IMG/VR virus record: IMGVR_UViG_3300005529_000006
Coordinates: 1 to 64,000 of that record
Length of the DNA: 64,000 nt
Reading direction: 5' to 3' (one strand)
Source: a virus
In this document: positions 24,842 to 34,109 of the stretch, in pieces
Numbering within the stretch: the stretch's first letter is position 1
How the letters are laid out: the number at the start of each line of letters is the position of its first letter
The notes under the pieces: model-generated
Seen by the model: the letters and a program-made list of their open reading frames with translations, nothing else
The model's database searches: none
What the model was told of the DNA's origin: nothing
Translations under genes and position numbers: made by a program

Positions 24842-25551
24842 ACCTAACCTTAGCCAAACAGACAGGTAGTACCACAGACGGAAGCAGCTTCGCAACCACT
24901 GCCTTCACTCCAACTGCTGGTGATCTGTTAGTGGTTATTGTGGCCAGCTCCGGTACCACCGATCCAAGCTCGGTCAGTGATACAGGCCAAGGTTTCACTT
25001 GGACAAAGGTTACATCCTGCGTCAAGAACACCAGCGCAGACACGATGTACATGTTTGTCCCAAGTGGGTTGGCTGCGGCGGTTTCAACCACGATCACCTG
25101 GTCTTGCGGGGCGACAACGGCCACAGGTGCGTTTATCACCGTCATTGCGATTACCGGCATGGCCGCTACAGGGCTTTCGGCAGTTAGACAGTCCGCGGTT
25201 CAGAACAATGCAACCGCAGCTTCTACCCCCACTGTGACGCTCGGACAATCTATCAACAGCGCGAATCCGCTTATCGGAGCGGTGTTCAACGCCAGTTCTC
25301 CAGCCACCATGACGCCACCTACAGGCTGGACGGAATTCAACGATGCAGGCTACACCACTCCGACTACTGGCATGGAAACGGTGGGACTAGTTAGCGGTGG
25401 AAGTGGAACCACGGTCACCTGGGGAAATACCTCTACTGCCTCCGGTGCAATTGTGGCGGAGTTTGCTGCTCCGGTAGTGGCTACTTCAACTTCCTCTCCT
25501 GGCGGCCTAGCCCTCGTTCAGCGTCCGCTCAATCATTTAATACAACTATAA
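24838..25551 (+). CDS. Thr/Ser/Ala-rich putative virion structural protein (237 aa)
   Basis: Composition; ATGA coupling. Confidence 0.5.
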   Translation: MNLTLAKQTGSTTDGSSFATTAFTPTAGDLLVVIVASSGTTDPSSVSDTGQGFTWTKVTSCVKNTSADTMYMFVPSGLAAAVSTTITWSCGATTATGAFITVIAITGMAATGLSAVRQSAVQNNATAASTPTVTLGQSINSANPLIGAVFNASSPATMTPPTGWTEFNDAGYTTPTTGMETVGLVSGGSGTTVTWGNTSTASGAIVAEFAAPVVATSTSSPGGLALVQRPLNHLIQL

Positions 25552-25560
25552 GGCAATTAA

Positions 25561-25875
25561 ATGGCAATCTTTAGTGCGATTTTAACCCCCTCGGACACAA
25601 CCGCTATCAAAGTAGCGGCTCTTGCAACCACCACTAGCTCCTCGGAACAAGCTCTGGGGACGAATGTGGTCTTCGCAATTAACGCCGATCAGGACATCAC
25701 AATTAAGTTTGGAATCGCTGGAATGGCAGCGGCTGCGACCACCGACTTCCGCATCCCCCAGAACCAGACCTTCACCTTCTTCACCGGAAGAAATTTCGAC
25801 CGTATCCGCGTCTTCAACCAGAGCGGCTCCACTGCGGCCAACGTTTACATTCAACCTCTCACTGTCCTTAGGTAA
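25561..25875 (+). CDS. putative virion protein (104 aa)
   Basis: ORF ending at the portal start. Confidence 0.45.
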   Translation: MAIFSAILTPSDTTAIKVAALATTTSSSEQALGTNVVFAINADQDITIKFGIAGMAAAATTDFRIPQNQTFTFFTGRNFDRIRVFNQSGSTAANVYIQPLTVLR

Positions 25876-27986
25876 TGGCGGAATATACAACCCCATCTGT
25901 AGCTCCCATGGTGAGCGTGTCGGACGATCCTAACGCCGACATCACCAATAAGGTCATCGAACATCTGCGCCGGATGAGGTATTTCCGCAAGCAGTATGAC
26001 CAGCGGAGAGCTTATTTCTATCGCCAATACTTGGGCCAGAGGGACCAGCGTTTTTATCCCGACAACATCACCCCCAGGGCAAACACCTTTGTCCCCTATC
26101 CGCTTAGCAACGTAGAGACCATTGTTTCTCGCGTTCTAGACGCTTTCTTCTCTTACGAAGACTGGTTCGAGGCAAAAGGCCGCTCTGCGCAAGACGAACC
26201 ATCTGCGGAGAAGATGCAGGTGGTTTTGTTGTATCTGCTCAAGAAAGGCAAGTTTATTCCTGCCTTCGAGAGCCTGGTCAGAAACATCTGTATCTACGGC
26301 CACGCAGCCATCAAGGTTGATTGGGACTGGGATTACGATTGGGTCACCTATTCCCAACCCATCCCCGCACTCGACGAGAACGGGATGCCGATTATCCAGC
26401 CCGTTCCCGACATGAACACAGGCCAGATCACGATGCAACCTGTGATCCAGGGCTACCAACCTGCCCGCAAACCTGTCCCTCGCGCCTGCCCCAGATTCAT
26501 CCCCATTGATGTTTATGATCTCCTCCTCGATCCGGATGGCGGAATCGTTGCGCATTTAACCGAACGCACCCTGGGCCAGATGCTCCGCGAGCAACAGATG
26601 AGCGTCGAGGCGGCCATGGAAGATCCTTCCAAGAAGCCCCTCTACATGCCCGCAGCGCTTAATCTCCTGGTCCATCGGGTAAGCGAGAACGTCAAGAGTC
26701 CAGATAATCCCCTGGACACGGTTATCCGATTAGCAGAGGTTTGGAATGAATACGATCAGACTCAGACCATTATCACTTACGGAGAGGATGCAGAGGCAAT
26801 CTCTTGGAAAGACCTCCGTGCGTCATATCGAGCTGCGGGTTACTCACCCTATAAGCGAAAAGTTTATGCAGGACAACCCCTCCTTCTCTACCACGGGGAA
26901 ATTCCTTTTATGCATAAACGTGCCCCCATCCTCGCCACTTCGTTCATAAAGATTCCTAACGAAGCTTTTGGCCTGGGGGCCATTGAGATCATCTCCGACC
27001 TAACCGAGTCCATGAACAAGTTCGTAAACATGATTACGGACAACTGGAACCTCGGCATCAATCGCCGCTTTGCCTTCGACGTGAACGCCGATATCGACCA
27101 CGAAGCACTCAACAGTTTCAACGTTCCCGGAGGCAAGGTAGCAGTCAACGGAGATCCCTCGAAGGTGATTCTCCCTCTGCCCTTCTTTACTCCCCAAGCA
27201 GGGGACTACCAAATCCTTGAACTCTTCAAGGGAATGGTCGAACAAACTTCAGGTGTCTCGGACTTCTATAACAAAGCCGTGGGATCGCCCACCGGCAATC
27301 GTACAGCGACTGGCATCAACTCAGTAATGCAGGAGAGCAACTTCCGCTTCAAGATGTTCATCCGGAACCTCGAAGTGGATGTCCTCCAACCCCTCCTCAA
27401 CATGTGCGCCTCGATGGTGCAGCAGTATGTGAAAGATCCCATCGAAGTGCAAATAACCGGGGAGATGCCTCAAATTAAAAAGTGGGTCGCACTTATGCCG
27501 GAGGAGCTTGTAGGCTCCATGGACTTCGACATGGTGGCTGCGAACTACGCCACCAACCGCATGATTAAACAGCGCAATATCATGGCCCTGTTTAACCTGG
27601 CCGCCGCGAGTCCGATCTTCGCGCCCTTCGTCAACCCCTACGAAACTCTCAAAGAGGTCTACAAGGCTTTCGAAATCCGCAATATCAACAAGCTTCTCTT
27701 CACCCCGCCCCAGGTGCAGATGATGCAGCTTGCACAACAGAAGCAACAGATCAACATGATGCTCCTGGAAAACATGATGAACGTCGAGGGCAAAGCACGT
27801 TTACAGCAATCGAAGCCGCAACCTGGCGGCAAGGGTCCTGATGGCCGTCCCCGACGACCGATGCAGCCCGAGGGCAAGATGCCAGGTGCTGGCCTCATGA
27901 GTCCAATCCTGGACCTCGCTCAATCCATGGGCGCTAACGGGCTCGGCCTGGAAGGTATGGGTCAAGTTCCTGGAGCTGAAGGATGA
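25875..27986 (+). CDS. putative portal protein
   Basis: 703 aa; first large gene after terminase in the morphogenesis block; Gln/Met/Pro-rich C-terminal tail. No motif-level confirmation. Confidence 0.55.
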   Translation: MAEYTTPSVAPMVSVSDDPNADITNKVIEHLRRMRYFRKQYDQRRAYFYRQYLGQRDQRFYPDNITPRANTFVPYPLSNVETIVSRVLDAFFSYEDWFEAKGRSAQDEPSAEKMQVVLLYLLKKGKFIPAFESLVRNICIYGHAAIKVDWDWDYDWVTYSQPIPALDENGMPIIQPVPDMNTGQITMQPVIQGYQPARKPVPRACPRFIPIDVYDLLLDPDGGIVAHLTERTLGQMLREQQMSVEAAMEDPSKKPLYMPAALNLLVHRVSENVKSPDNPLDTVIRLAEVWNEYDQTQTIITYGEDAEAISWKDLRASYRAAGYSPYKRKVYAGQPLLLYHGEIPFMHKRAPILATSFIKIPNEAFGLGAIEIISDLTESMNKFVNMITDNWNLGINRRFAFDVNADIDHEALNSFNVPGGKVAVNGDPSKVILPLPFFTPQAGDYQILELFKGMVEQTSGVSDFYNKAVGSPTGNRTATGINSVMQESNFRFKMFIRNLEVDVLQPLLNMCASMVQQYVKDPIEVQITGEMPQIKKWVALMPEELVGSMDFDMVAANYATNRMIKQRNIMALFNLAAASPIFAPFVNPYETLKEVYKAFEIRNINKLLFTPPQVQMMQLAQQKQQINMMLLENMMNVEGKARLQQSKPQPGGKGPDGRPRRPMQPEGKMPGAGLMSPILDLAQSMGANGLGLEGMGQVPGAEG

Positions 27987-28186
27987 TCGAGTGGTTAGCT
28001 CGCTATGCCCGATGGGACACAATCGCCTGGTTGGTGTTAATTGCTATTGGCGGAGTTCTAGAGGGCCTCGGTGTGGCAGACAGACATCTCGCCACATTCA
28101 CTTCTTTCGTGCGTAGTACTGTTCCGGTATGGGCCCGCGCTGCACTTTGGGGCTGGCTCGGATACCACTTCCTGATGCAAAAATGA
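27983..28186 (+). CDS. small membrane protein
   Basis: ATGA overlap with portal; WLVLIAIGGVLEGLGV. Confidence 0.4.
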   Translation: MIEWLARYARWDTIAWLVLIAIGGVLEGLGVADRHLATFTSFVRSTVPVWARAALWGWLGYHFLMQK

Positions 28187-28812
28187 CCTTTGACATGCTT
28201 AGTTGGATGATGATGGACCCGGCGCTGGCCAGCAAATATCATCTGTCGGGAAATGCAAACCCCCTCTACACATTCAACGACCCCGCCAACAACCGCTTCT
28301 TCTGGACCAAAGGCTCCACAGGACTTCCGTGGGATGTCCAACTGTATGACAACAACTATATCTACCAATCCGTTACGGAAGTTTCTTGGACAGATCCGAC
28401 GAACTACAAGATCTTCAATAGCCCGGTTTATGGATTATTTGGCCAGCCCATGTGCCCGCGCATTGCAGAACCTGGGCGGCTCATTCTCAACAATCCCGAT
28501 TCCAGTTACGAACTGCATACCAGTTGTTCGGCGTTCACGGTCAAGACCGTAGGCACCACAAAATTCACTTTATCCGGGCCGACGCCAATGGATATGGGGT
28601 TCGGTTCCCTGCCGACACTCACCCTGTCGTACTTTTGGGGAGGGGACCCCACGTTCACTACCTTCGGCCACCGCGAGGACTACTTCCTCCAGCAGCCCTT
28701 TGGGTTGGTTAAATGGCAGCACACCACTCTGCCTGGAACCACGCCTGACAACGTGAGCAACTTCAACAAGCTCACCTTGGGCACTGTTACTCCTGTGCAC
28801 CCTTGCTTCTAA
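28183..28812 (+). CDS. virion protein sharing a ~170-aa module with the 1334-aa tail protein
   Basis: ATGA coupling at 28183. FFWTKG..GLPWDVQLYDNNYIYQSVTEV and GQPMCPRIAEPGRLIL align with WWIKG..GWPWDINLYDSNFIYLSVTEL and GLPFCKRFSTPGDFVL in 43278..47282. Confidence 0.5.
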   Translation: MTFDMLSWMMMDPALASKYHLSGNANPLYTFNDPANNRFFWTKGSTGLPWDVQLYDNNYIYQSVTEVSWTDPTNYKIFNSPVYGLFGQPMCPRIAEPGRLILNNPDSSYELHTSCSAFTVKTVGTTKFTLSGPTPMDMGFGSLPTLTLSYFWGGDPTFTTFGHREDYFLQQPFGLVKWQHTTLPGTTPDNVSNFNKLTLGTVTPVHPCF

Positions 28813-29049
28813 ATGAAACCTGATTGTTATTACAGCGAATCCACAGGCAAGTACTACTGGCCCAACGGAACTCCGTTTACTTTTCAAAAACGGGACATCG
28901 AATACCTGGATATAAAAAAAGCGGCTGCACGATTGGCTGCGAACATCATCTTCGATCATCCGGAACTCCTTTTGTCCGAATTAGACAATCCTCTTAATGA
29001 TCCGGACATGCTTCCTCCGCCTCCGGAAATTTACAATCCTTGCTTCTAA
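28813..29049 (+). CDS. hypothetical protein (78 aa) ending ...NPCF
   Basis: ORF. Confidence 0.4.
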   Translation: MKPDCYYSESTGKYYWPNGTPFTFQKRDIEYLDIKKAAARLAANIIFDHPELLLSELDNPLNDPDMLPPPPEIYNPCF

Positions 29050-29378
29050 TCCTGGCATTCATCTTCCTCGCCTGCGCAGGTCTCGATTGCGCGTACAGCG
29101 AACGGGGCTTCGCACACGGATACGTAGAAAGCAACGAGGTCGCAGCCCGCTTACTCGGCGAACAGCCCTCGTTCTTCTGGCTGTTTCTCTTTGATGGAGT
29201 GCAAGGACTTCTGTTCTGCCTGCCAGAACTCTTCTTCCACGGATGGGCCTACGGAGTACTCCCCGCACTCGCCTTGAAGCACCTCCTGTCCGTCCGCAAG
29301 TGGAGAAAGGCATTCGCCACAAACGGTGCATCTCTCCGCGAGCCACGCAATGTCTTGCAGAAATTCCTGGGACTCTAA
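29040..29378 (+). CDS. hypothetical hydrophobic protein (TTG start)
   Basis: ORF. Confidence 0.35.
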   Translation: MLLILAFIFLACAGLDCAYSERGFAHGYVESNEVAARLLGEQPSFFWLFLFDGVQGLLFCLPELFFHGWAYGVLPALALKHLLSVRKWRKAFATNGASLREPRNVLQKFLGL

Positions 29379-29572
29379 TGGCCGGTAGAATCTCCATCTC
29401 CTCCCCTGACGGGAAGGACTTCTTCAACGTCCTCACCGTCCAAGGCGTTGTCTTGTTAGTGTGGAACGACGCCCTCTTCTACATGTCCATGGAAGAAGCA
29501 GGCAGACTCCTCAATATGCTTTCCCAGGCAGTAACAGGAGCAGCCCCCCAAATAACTATCCCCCCTACCTAA
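29378..29572 (+). CDS. hypothetical protein (65 aa; trimmed from ORF 29243..29572)
   Basis: TAATG junction; the N-terminal part of the longer ORF looks like out-of-frame Arg/Pro-rich translation. Confidence 0.3.
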   Translation: MAGRISISSPDGKDFFNVLTVQGVVLLVWNDALFYMSMEEAGRLLNMLSQAVTGAAPQITIPPT

Positions 29573-29582
29573 AAAGGGGTTC
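29564..29582 (-). repeat. 19-bp motif copy E (CCTACC-TAA-AAAGGGGTTC, followed directly by ATG)
   Basis: Exact; the TAA is the stop of 29378..29572; ATG of a 38-aa ORF at 29583. Confidence 0.8.
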
Positions 29583-29691
29583 ATGACCATCACGATCAAA
29601 CTTCTCTTTGAGAAGAATCCTTATGGATGGCGATGGGTAGCTGTAATAACCGACGGCTCTACCCAGTGGACAGAAACCTACACAGTTAAAT

Positions 29692-30042
29692 ATGTTTAAT
29701 AGGAAACCTCAATACCTCGTTATTGAGATTGAGAAGGGCAGCAAATTACCAGAATTGACCGGGGACCTCAAAGAGGCCATTAAGGTTCTTCCCCAAATCC
29801 CGGCTTTTAACTACCTCCTTCAGCGTCTCAAGCACCAGCGTGCTGCTCTACAAGCGCATCTCGCAAATGGTCTCAACCTCTCGGAGGTCCAGCTTCGATA
29901 CATTCAAGCTGGCTTGTATTGGCTCAATCACCTAGACCGTGAGATCAAACTTCTAACTCAATCGAAGTCTGCTCCCACCGAAGCAACTCCCGACGTAACT
30001 GAGGAGTTCGAGAAGATTCGCCAATCCATAGAGCTTATTTAA
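29692..30042 (+). CDS. hypothetical helical protein (116 aa)
   Basis: ORF. Confidence 0.45.
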   Translation: MFNRKPQYLVIEIEKGSKLPELTGDLKEAIKVLPQIPAFNYLLQRLKHQRAALQAHLANGLNLSEVQLRYIQAGLYWLNHLDREIKLLTQSKSAPTEATPDVTEEFEKIRQSIELI

Positions 30043-30086
30043 TCTCCACGCCACAAGCGTGAAATCCCATACCCACAAGGTAGCCA

Positions 30087-31013
30087 ATGCCCAATCCAAT
30101 CAATGTCCCTAGCTTCGACCGAGGGTTCGTCCCGATGGACGATGCTCCAGGGGCAGACAGTTCCTTCGATGAATTGTTTCCGCCCGAAGGAAGTGAATCA
30201 GCAGCTCCGCCACAAGCGCAGCCCCAGGAAACAACCCCTCCGGAACCGCCACAAGCTAACACCCCCTTCCTGCAAGCAGGCAAGAGTGTGTATCTCACTC
30301 CAGAGGATGCGGCCAAAGGAGTCGCCCATAAAGACGAACTCATTGACCGCTACCGGACCTTCCTCGCTGAGCAAGGTTTTGACCCTAATACGTTCCAGCC
30401 AAAAGCGTCTGCACAGCCACAAGCCCCACCCAAAGTGGAGCAGTCGCCATACACCTACTTCGGCAACGGCCAGAAACTCTATGACGATCTCGCCCAAGCC
30501 GTAGCTAGCAAAGACCCGGTTCGTTACGAACGAGTCATGCAGCAATACCAGACGGAATCTTTCAACGCACATCTGGCTCCCGTCGCTCCCCTTATCTCTG
30601 AGGTTGCCCGCAATCGCGCAATCCGCGAGGTATCACATGAGCTACCCGAGTTTGCCAAGTTCGCTGATAGTCAAGATTTCTACTCCACCGTGGACAAGCT
30701 CCCTGTACTAAAAACCGGGATTGCCGCATGTGAGCAGAACATCACCGTCCCTGGTGCGGCGGAACAACTTCGTGAGCTATACAAACTAGCTTACTTAGTC
30801 AATCAAGGTCTACGAGGGTCCGTACCCGTGCAAACACCCCCTGCACCAATTCCCCCCGCACGACCCACTACTCTTCCATCCACTATGACTCCTCCCGCAC
30901 CCGGAGTCCCCACACAAAACTGGGCTACTAACCGCGAAGCGCGTAAGCAGCTCATCAAGGACGCCGAAGCCCGAGGGCTTGGTGTAGTGGACTGGTCCAG
31001 TCTTGGGAAGTAG
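30087..31013 (+). CDS. putative scaffolding protein
   Basis: Acidic Pro/Ala/Gln-rich N-terminus, helical remainder, directly upstream of the capsid gene. Confidence 0.4.
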   Translation: MPNPINVPSFDRGFVPMDDAPGADSSFDELFPPEGSESAAPPQAQPQETTPPEPPQANTPFLQAGKSVYLTPEDAAKGVAHKDELIDRYRTFLAEQGFDPNTFQPKASAQPQAPPKVEQSPYTYFGNGQKLYDDLAQAVASKDPVRYERVMQQYQTESFNAHLAPVAPLISEVARNRAIREVSHELPEFAKFADSQDFYSTVDKLPVLKTGIAACEQNITVPGAAEQLRELYKLAYLVNQGLRGSVPVQTPPAPIPPARPTTLPSTMTPPAPGVPTQNWATNREARKQLIKDAEARGLGVVDWSSLGK

Positions 31014-31027
31014 CTCCCTAAGGACCA

Positions 31028-32050
31028 ATGTTTAAGAAATTCCTGTCAGTTATCACTGACCTGTTCCTCTTCGTCCTGGGTTTTGGGGCTGATGTCGTCA
31101 CCGTAACTGCGGGGTCGGCAGGTAATGCAGGTAGCACAGCCGCCGAGCTGATTACCTACATGTCTGCCCGTCTCCTAGAAGTGGCCGAGTTCAATACGAT
31201 TCTCGACCAGTTTGGAGACAAGCATCCACTTCCTAGCAACTCCTCGAAGACGATTCGTTTCGTCCGTGAAGAGAAGCTGAGTGTAGCTTCGACCCCAACC
31301 CAGTTGTCGGAAGGCATTCCGCCCGATGCCGTTGGCATCACCCTCAACCAAATTGAAGCAACGATTGAGCAATATGGCTCCGTAGTTCGTCTGTCGGACC
31401 TGGCTGAGATCACCGCCCGCCACAACGTGGTAGAGCGCACGATCTACATCCTGGGCCTCCAGGCGGCTGAAACCTATGACCAGTTGATCTTCAACGTGCT
31501 CGACGCCGCGACCAATAACTATCGCCCCAACAACCGTGCGGGTGATACCTCGTTGGCTGGCTCTGACCTGGTTAGCTATAACGACCTGGTTGAACTGGAT
31601 GCTCTGCTCCAGGACCAAGGCGCTCGCCCCTTTGAAGGTGGAGAATACGTTTTCGTATGTCCCCCGCAGGTCTACTCCGGCCTGCTCCGTGATCCGGACT
31701 TCAAGGCGTCTAACCAGCTTCGCGCTCCGGAGAAAATCTGGCGTGGCGAAGTCGCCTCGCTTGGTGGGTTCCGAGTTATTCGCTCGAACTCCCCCTCGTT
31801 CGCTGCCACCTCTCAGGCTGGTGCCGGACAAGCCAGCAAGGTGTTCAGCTCGTTCGGCATTGCGCGGTTCGCATATCAGATTACTGATTTGCAGAACCTG
31901 CGTGTCTATGTGGTTGCCCCTGGCGGCCAGATCGACCCCCTCCAGCAATCCCGCAAGATCGGTTGGAAGTTCGCTTTCAAATCGGTCATCACGAACCAGA
32001 ACTGGATTCGTCGAGTGCGATCTGCTGGTGCGAACAGCGTCACTAACTAA
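31028..32050 (+). CDS. major capsid protein (lambda gpE / HK97-fold type)
   Basis: 340 aa, after the scaffold gene, with a strong stem-loop just downstream. Pattern DLVELDALLQDQGARPFEGGEYVFVCPPQVYSGLL resembles gpE-like capsid proteins (recollection). Confidence 0.6.
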   Translation: MFKKFLSVITDLFLFVLGFGADVVTVTAGSAGNAGSTAAELITYMSARLLEVAEFNTILDQFGDKHPLPSNSSKTIRFVREEKLSVASTPTQLSEGIPPDAVGITLNQIEATIEQYGSVVRLSDLAEITARHNVVERTIYILGLQAAETYDQLIFNVLDAATNNYRPNNRAGDTSLAGSDLVSYNDLVELDALLQDQGARPFEGGEYVFVCPPQVYSGLLRDPDFKASNQLRAPEKIWRGEVASLGGFRVIRSNSPSFAATSQAGAGQASKVFSSFGIARFAYQITDLQNLRVYVVAPGGQIDPLQQSRKIGWKFAFKSVITNQNWIRRVRSAGANSVTN

Positions 32051-32059
32051 TTAACCCTT

Positions 32060-32079
32060 GGGGAGGGTTCGCCCTCCCC
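32060..32079 (+). terminator. stem-loop GGGGAGGG-UUCG-CCCUCCCC, 10 nt after the capsid stop
   Basis: Perfect 8-bp GC stem with UUCG tetraloop; no U-tract, so likely a partial terminator or stabiliser. Confidence 0.45.
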
Positions 32080-32093
32080 ATAAAAGGAAAACT

Positions 32094-32306
32094 ATGGGAC
32101 ACAACTTCGAAAGTTCCCGTCCGGAACACATGATTATGCACAAGCGCATCCCATCGAGCCATGCTCATCAAGATCAGAAGCTCGACAAAATGGGACGCTC
32201 GCCCATGATCGGCCAGCTTCCAAGTGACGCCCACTTGGAATCTCCGGAACTCGAACCTATGGTCGATGGCTCAGGCCACGGCGATAGCGAGTACGGAGGC
32301 ATGTAA
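32094..32306 (+). CDS. hypothetical protein (70 aa; start moved past the hairpin)
   Basis: ORF 32058..32306 trimmed to Met-13. Confidence 0.4.
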   Translation: MGHNFESSRPEHMIMHKRIPSSHAHQDQKLDKMGRSPMIGQLPSDAHLESPELEPMVDGSGHGDSEYGGM

Positions 32307-32621
32307 ATGGCCAACAAAACAATGGCGGATCTCTATAAGACCGACAAGGCGACTTGGGAATATATCTCTGTTCCTGAAGAGAACGTCCTTGGTGAGGTGC
32401 ACGCTGATATCGTCATCAACACCGAACGTTTTCGTGCAGGACAGACCTACCTGGTTCCCAAGCTAGTAGCGGAAACCGTCCGTGAACGCCTGAAGACCTA
32501 TCAGAGATCGTGTATGCGCATCATGTCCCCTAAGAAGGACACAGCCGCAGAACAGGCAGTCGCAGTTGGCAGTGCCAACGCAACTGTCCCGGTTGTAGCA
32601 GATGCCAGCTTGATCCAATGA
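32307..32621 (+). CDS. hypothetical protein (104 aa)
   Basis: ORF. Confidence 0.45.
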   Translation: MANKTMADLYKTDKATWEYISVPEENVLGEVHADIVINTERFRAGQTYLVPKLVAETVRERLKTYQRSCMRIMSPKKDTAAEQAVAVGSANATVPVVADASLIQ

Positions 32622-32995
32622 CTTGGGACAACTGGAAAGATGCTCTCCTAGCCCTAACCCTCTGGCGAGAAGCCAGAGGGGAAGGCAGGCGAGGTATGGA
32701 AGCCGTAGCGTGCGTTATTCGTAACCGCGCTGTTGGTTTGGACCAGATTGCTGCGATCTCTAAGAAGTGGCAGTTCTCCAGCCTCACGGCTCCCGGAGAT
32801 GCCATGCTCGTCAAATGGCCCCTCCCAGGCGACGTGGCTTTTGAAACAGCCATGGACATTGTATCGAACCTGGCGCTCCTTCCAGATATCACCAACGGTG
32901 CGACTCACTACTTTAATCCCAATGTTGTCCGTCCACCTTGGGCGGCAAGCATGACCAAAGTAGCCTCCATCGGTCGTCACGATTTCTATAAATGA
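32618..32995 (+). CDS. SleB-like cell-wall hydrolase (Hydrolase_2), putative endolysin
   Basis: LTLWREARGEGRRGMEAVACVIRNRA ... QFS ... ATHYFNP signature. Confidence 0.7.
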   Translation: MTWDNWKDALLALTLWREARGEGRRGMEAVACVIRNRAVGLDQIAAISKKWQFSSLTAPGDAMLVKWPLPGDVAFETAMDIVSNLALLPDITNGATHYFNPNVVRPPWAASMTKVASIGRHDFYK

Positions 32996-33597
32996 CCCCC
33001 CAGATTTTTCTGGTTCGCCACGCCAAAACCCTTCTCAACAACGCATCGTCCGAGGCTATTCGTGGACACTCGGATATTCCCATTTCTGGTGAAGGCGAAG
33101 AGGCACTTAAGCAAACCGCTGAATTCCTCAAAGGTCATTCCATTAAACGCATCTTGGCCAGCCCCTTGCAACGCGCCATGATGACCGCCTTATTTATTGC
33201 GGACAAAATAGGGGCAAAGGTAACTCCCAACTCCGGTCTCACTCCTTGGGATCTCGGCAACCTAACAGGCAAACGCATAGAAGAAGTTGCCCCCAAGATG
33301 AACTATTACCAGGACTACCCCGACATAAAAGTTCCTGACGGCGAAAGCTATAGAGACTTTTATGATCGCTGGTCGCAAGCCCTGGACCGGATGTTGGCCT
33401 ATGCAGAGAAGCACCCCGACGAAATTCTCACGGGCGTAGTGCACTCGCGCAATCTTCTTTCTCTTCCTTCCATCATTGGCAAGCGACCTATGGGCGAAGT
33501 CCCAGTCAAAGGCGGTCCTCCTCCCGAGAGCGTAACTCGCGTCTACCTCGATGATGACACCTGGAAATACGAAACCATTTTTGAATTAAAGCAATGA
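32992..33597 (+). CDS. histidine phosphatase (phosphoglycerate-mutase-like) family protein
   Basis: IFLVRHAKT...RGHSDIPISGEGE...ASPLQRAMMTA; ATGA overlaps on both sides. Confidence 0.65.
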   Translation: MTPQIFLVRHAKTLLNNASSEAIRGHSDIPISGEGEEALKQTAEFLKGHSIKRILASPLQRAMMTALFIADKIGAKVTPNSGLTPWDLGNLTGKRIEEVAPKMNYYQDYPDIKVPDGESYRDFYDRWSQALDRMLAYAEKHPDEILTGVVHSRNLLSLPSIIGKRPMGEVPVKGGPPPESVTRVYLDDDTWKYETIFELKQ

Positions 33598-34109
33598 ACT
33601 TCCTAAAAAAGATTCTCCCCTGGATTGGAGCAGCTGCTACGGGCAACGTCCCGGCGCTTGTGTCCATGGCCGCGAACGCGGTTAGCGGAGCCCTCGGTAA
33701 CAAGGTTGACTCCAGCGTCGATTCCATTGTCTCCGCAGTGCAAGGCGCAACACCCGAACAGCTCGTAGCCTTAAAGCAAGCAGAGTTGGATTTTCAAGCC
33801 AAGATGCAAGCTATGGGCTTCTCTCACGAAGAGGAGCTTGCTCAGATTGAGGTCGCAGATCGCGACTCGGCTCGGGCCCGTGAAATCAGCGTTCGTGACT
33901 TCATGCCCAAGGTTCTCGGTGGGGGAGTGGTCGCGGGTTTCATTGTCGCTACGTTCCTCATCCTCACAGGTCACGGCAAAGCCGATAGCGTGATGGCCGG
34001 AACCCTTATTGGTTATCTCTCCGCAAAGGCAGAGCTTGTCCTCGCCTACTACTTCGGTAGCTCCGCTGGATCTGACCGCAAGACAGAACTCCTCGCCCAA
34101 GGTAAGTAA
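33594..34109 (+). CDS. holin-like membrane protein (resembles 3-TM GTA-type holins)
   Basis: Gly-rich N-terminal helix, ADRDSARARE motif, C-terminal TM segments; position after the lysin. Assignment from recollection. Confidence 0.4.
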   Translation: MNFLKKILPWIGAAATGNVPALVSMAANAVSGALGNKVDSSVDSIVSAVQGATPEQLVALKQAELDFQAKMQAMGFSHEEELAQIEVADRDSARAREISVRDFMPKVLGGGVVAGFIVATFLILTGHGKADSVMAGTLIGYLSAKAELVLAYYFGSSAGSDRKTELLAQGK

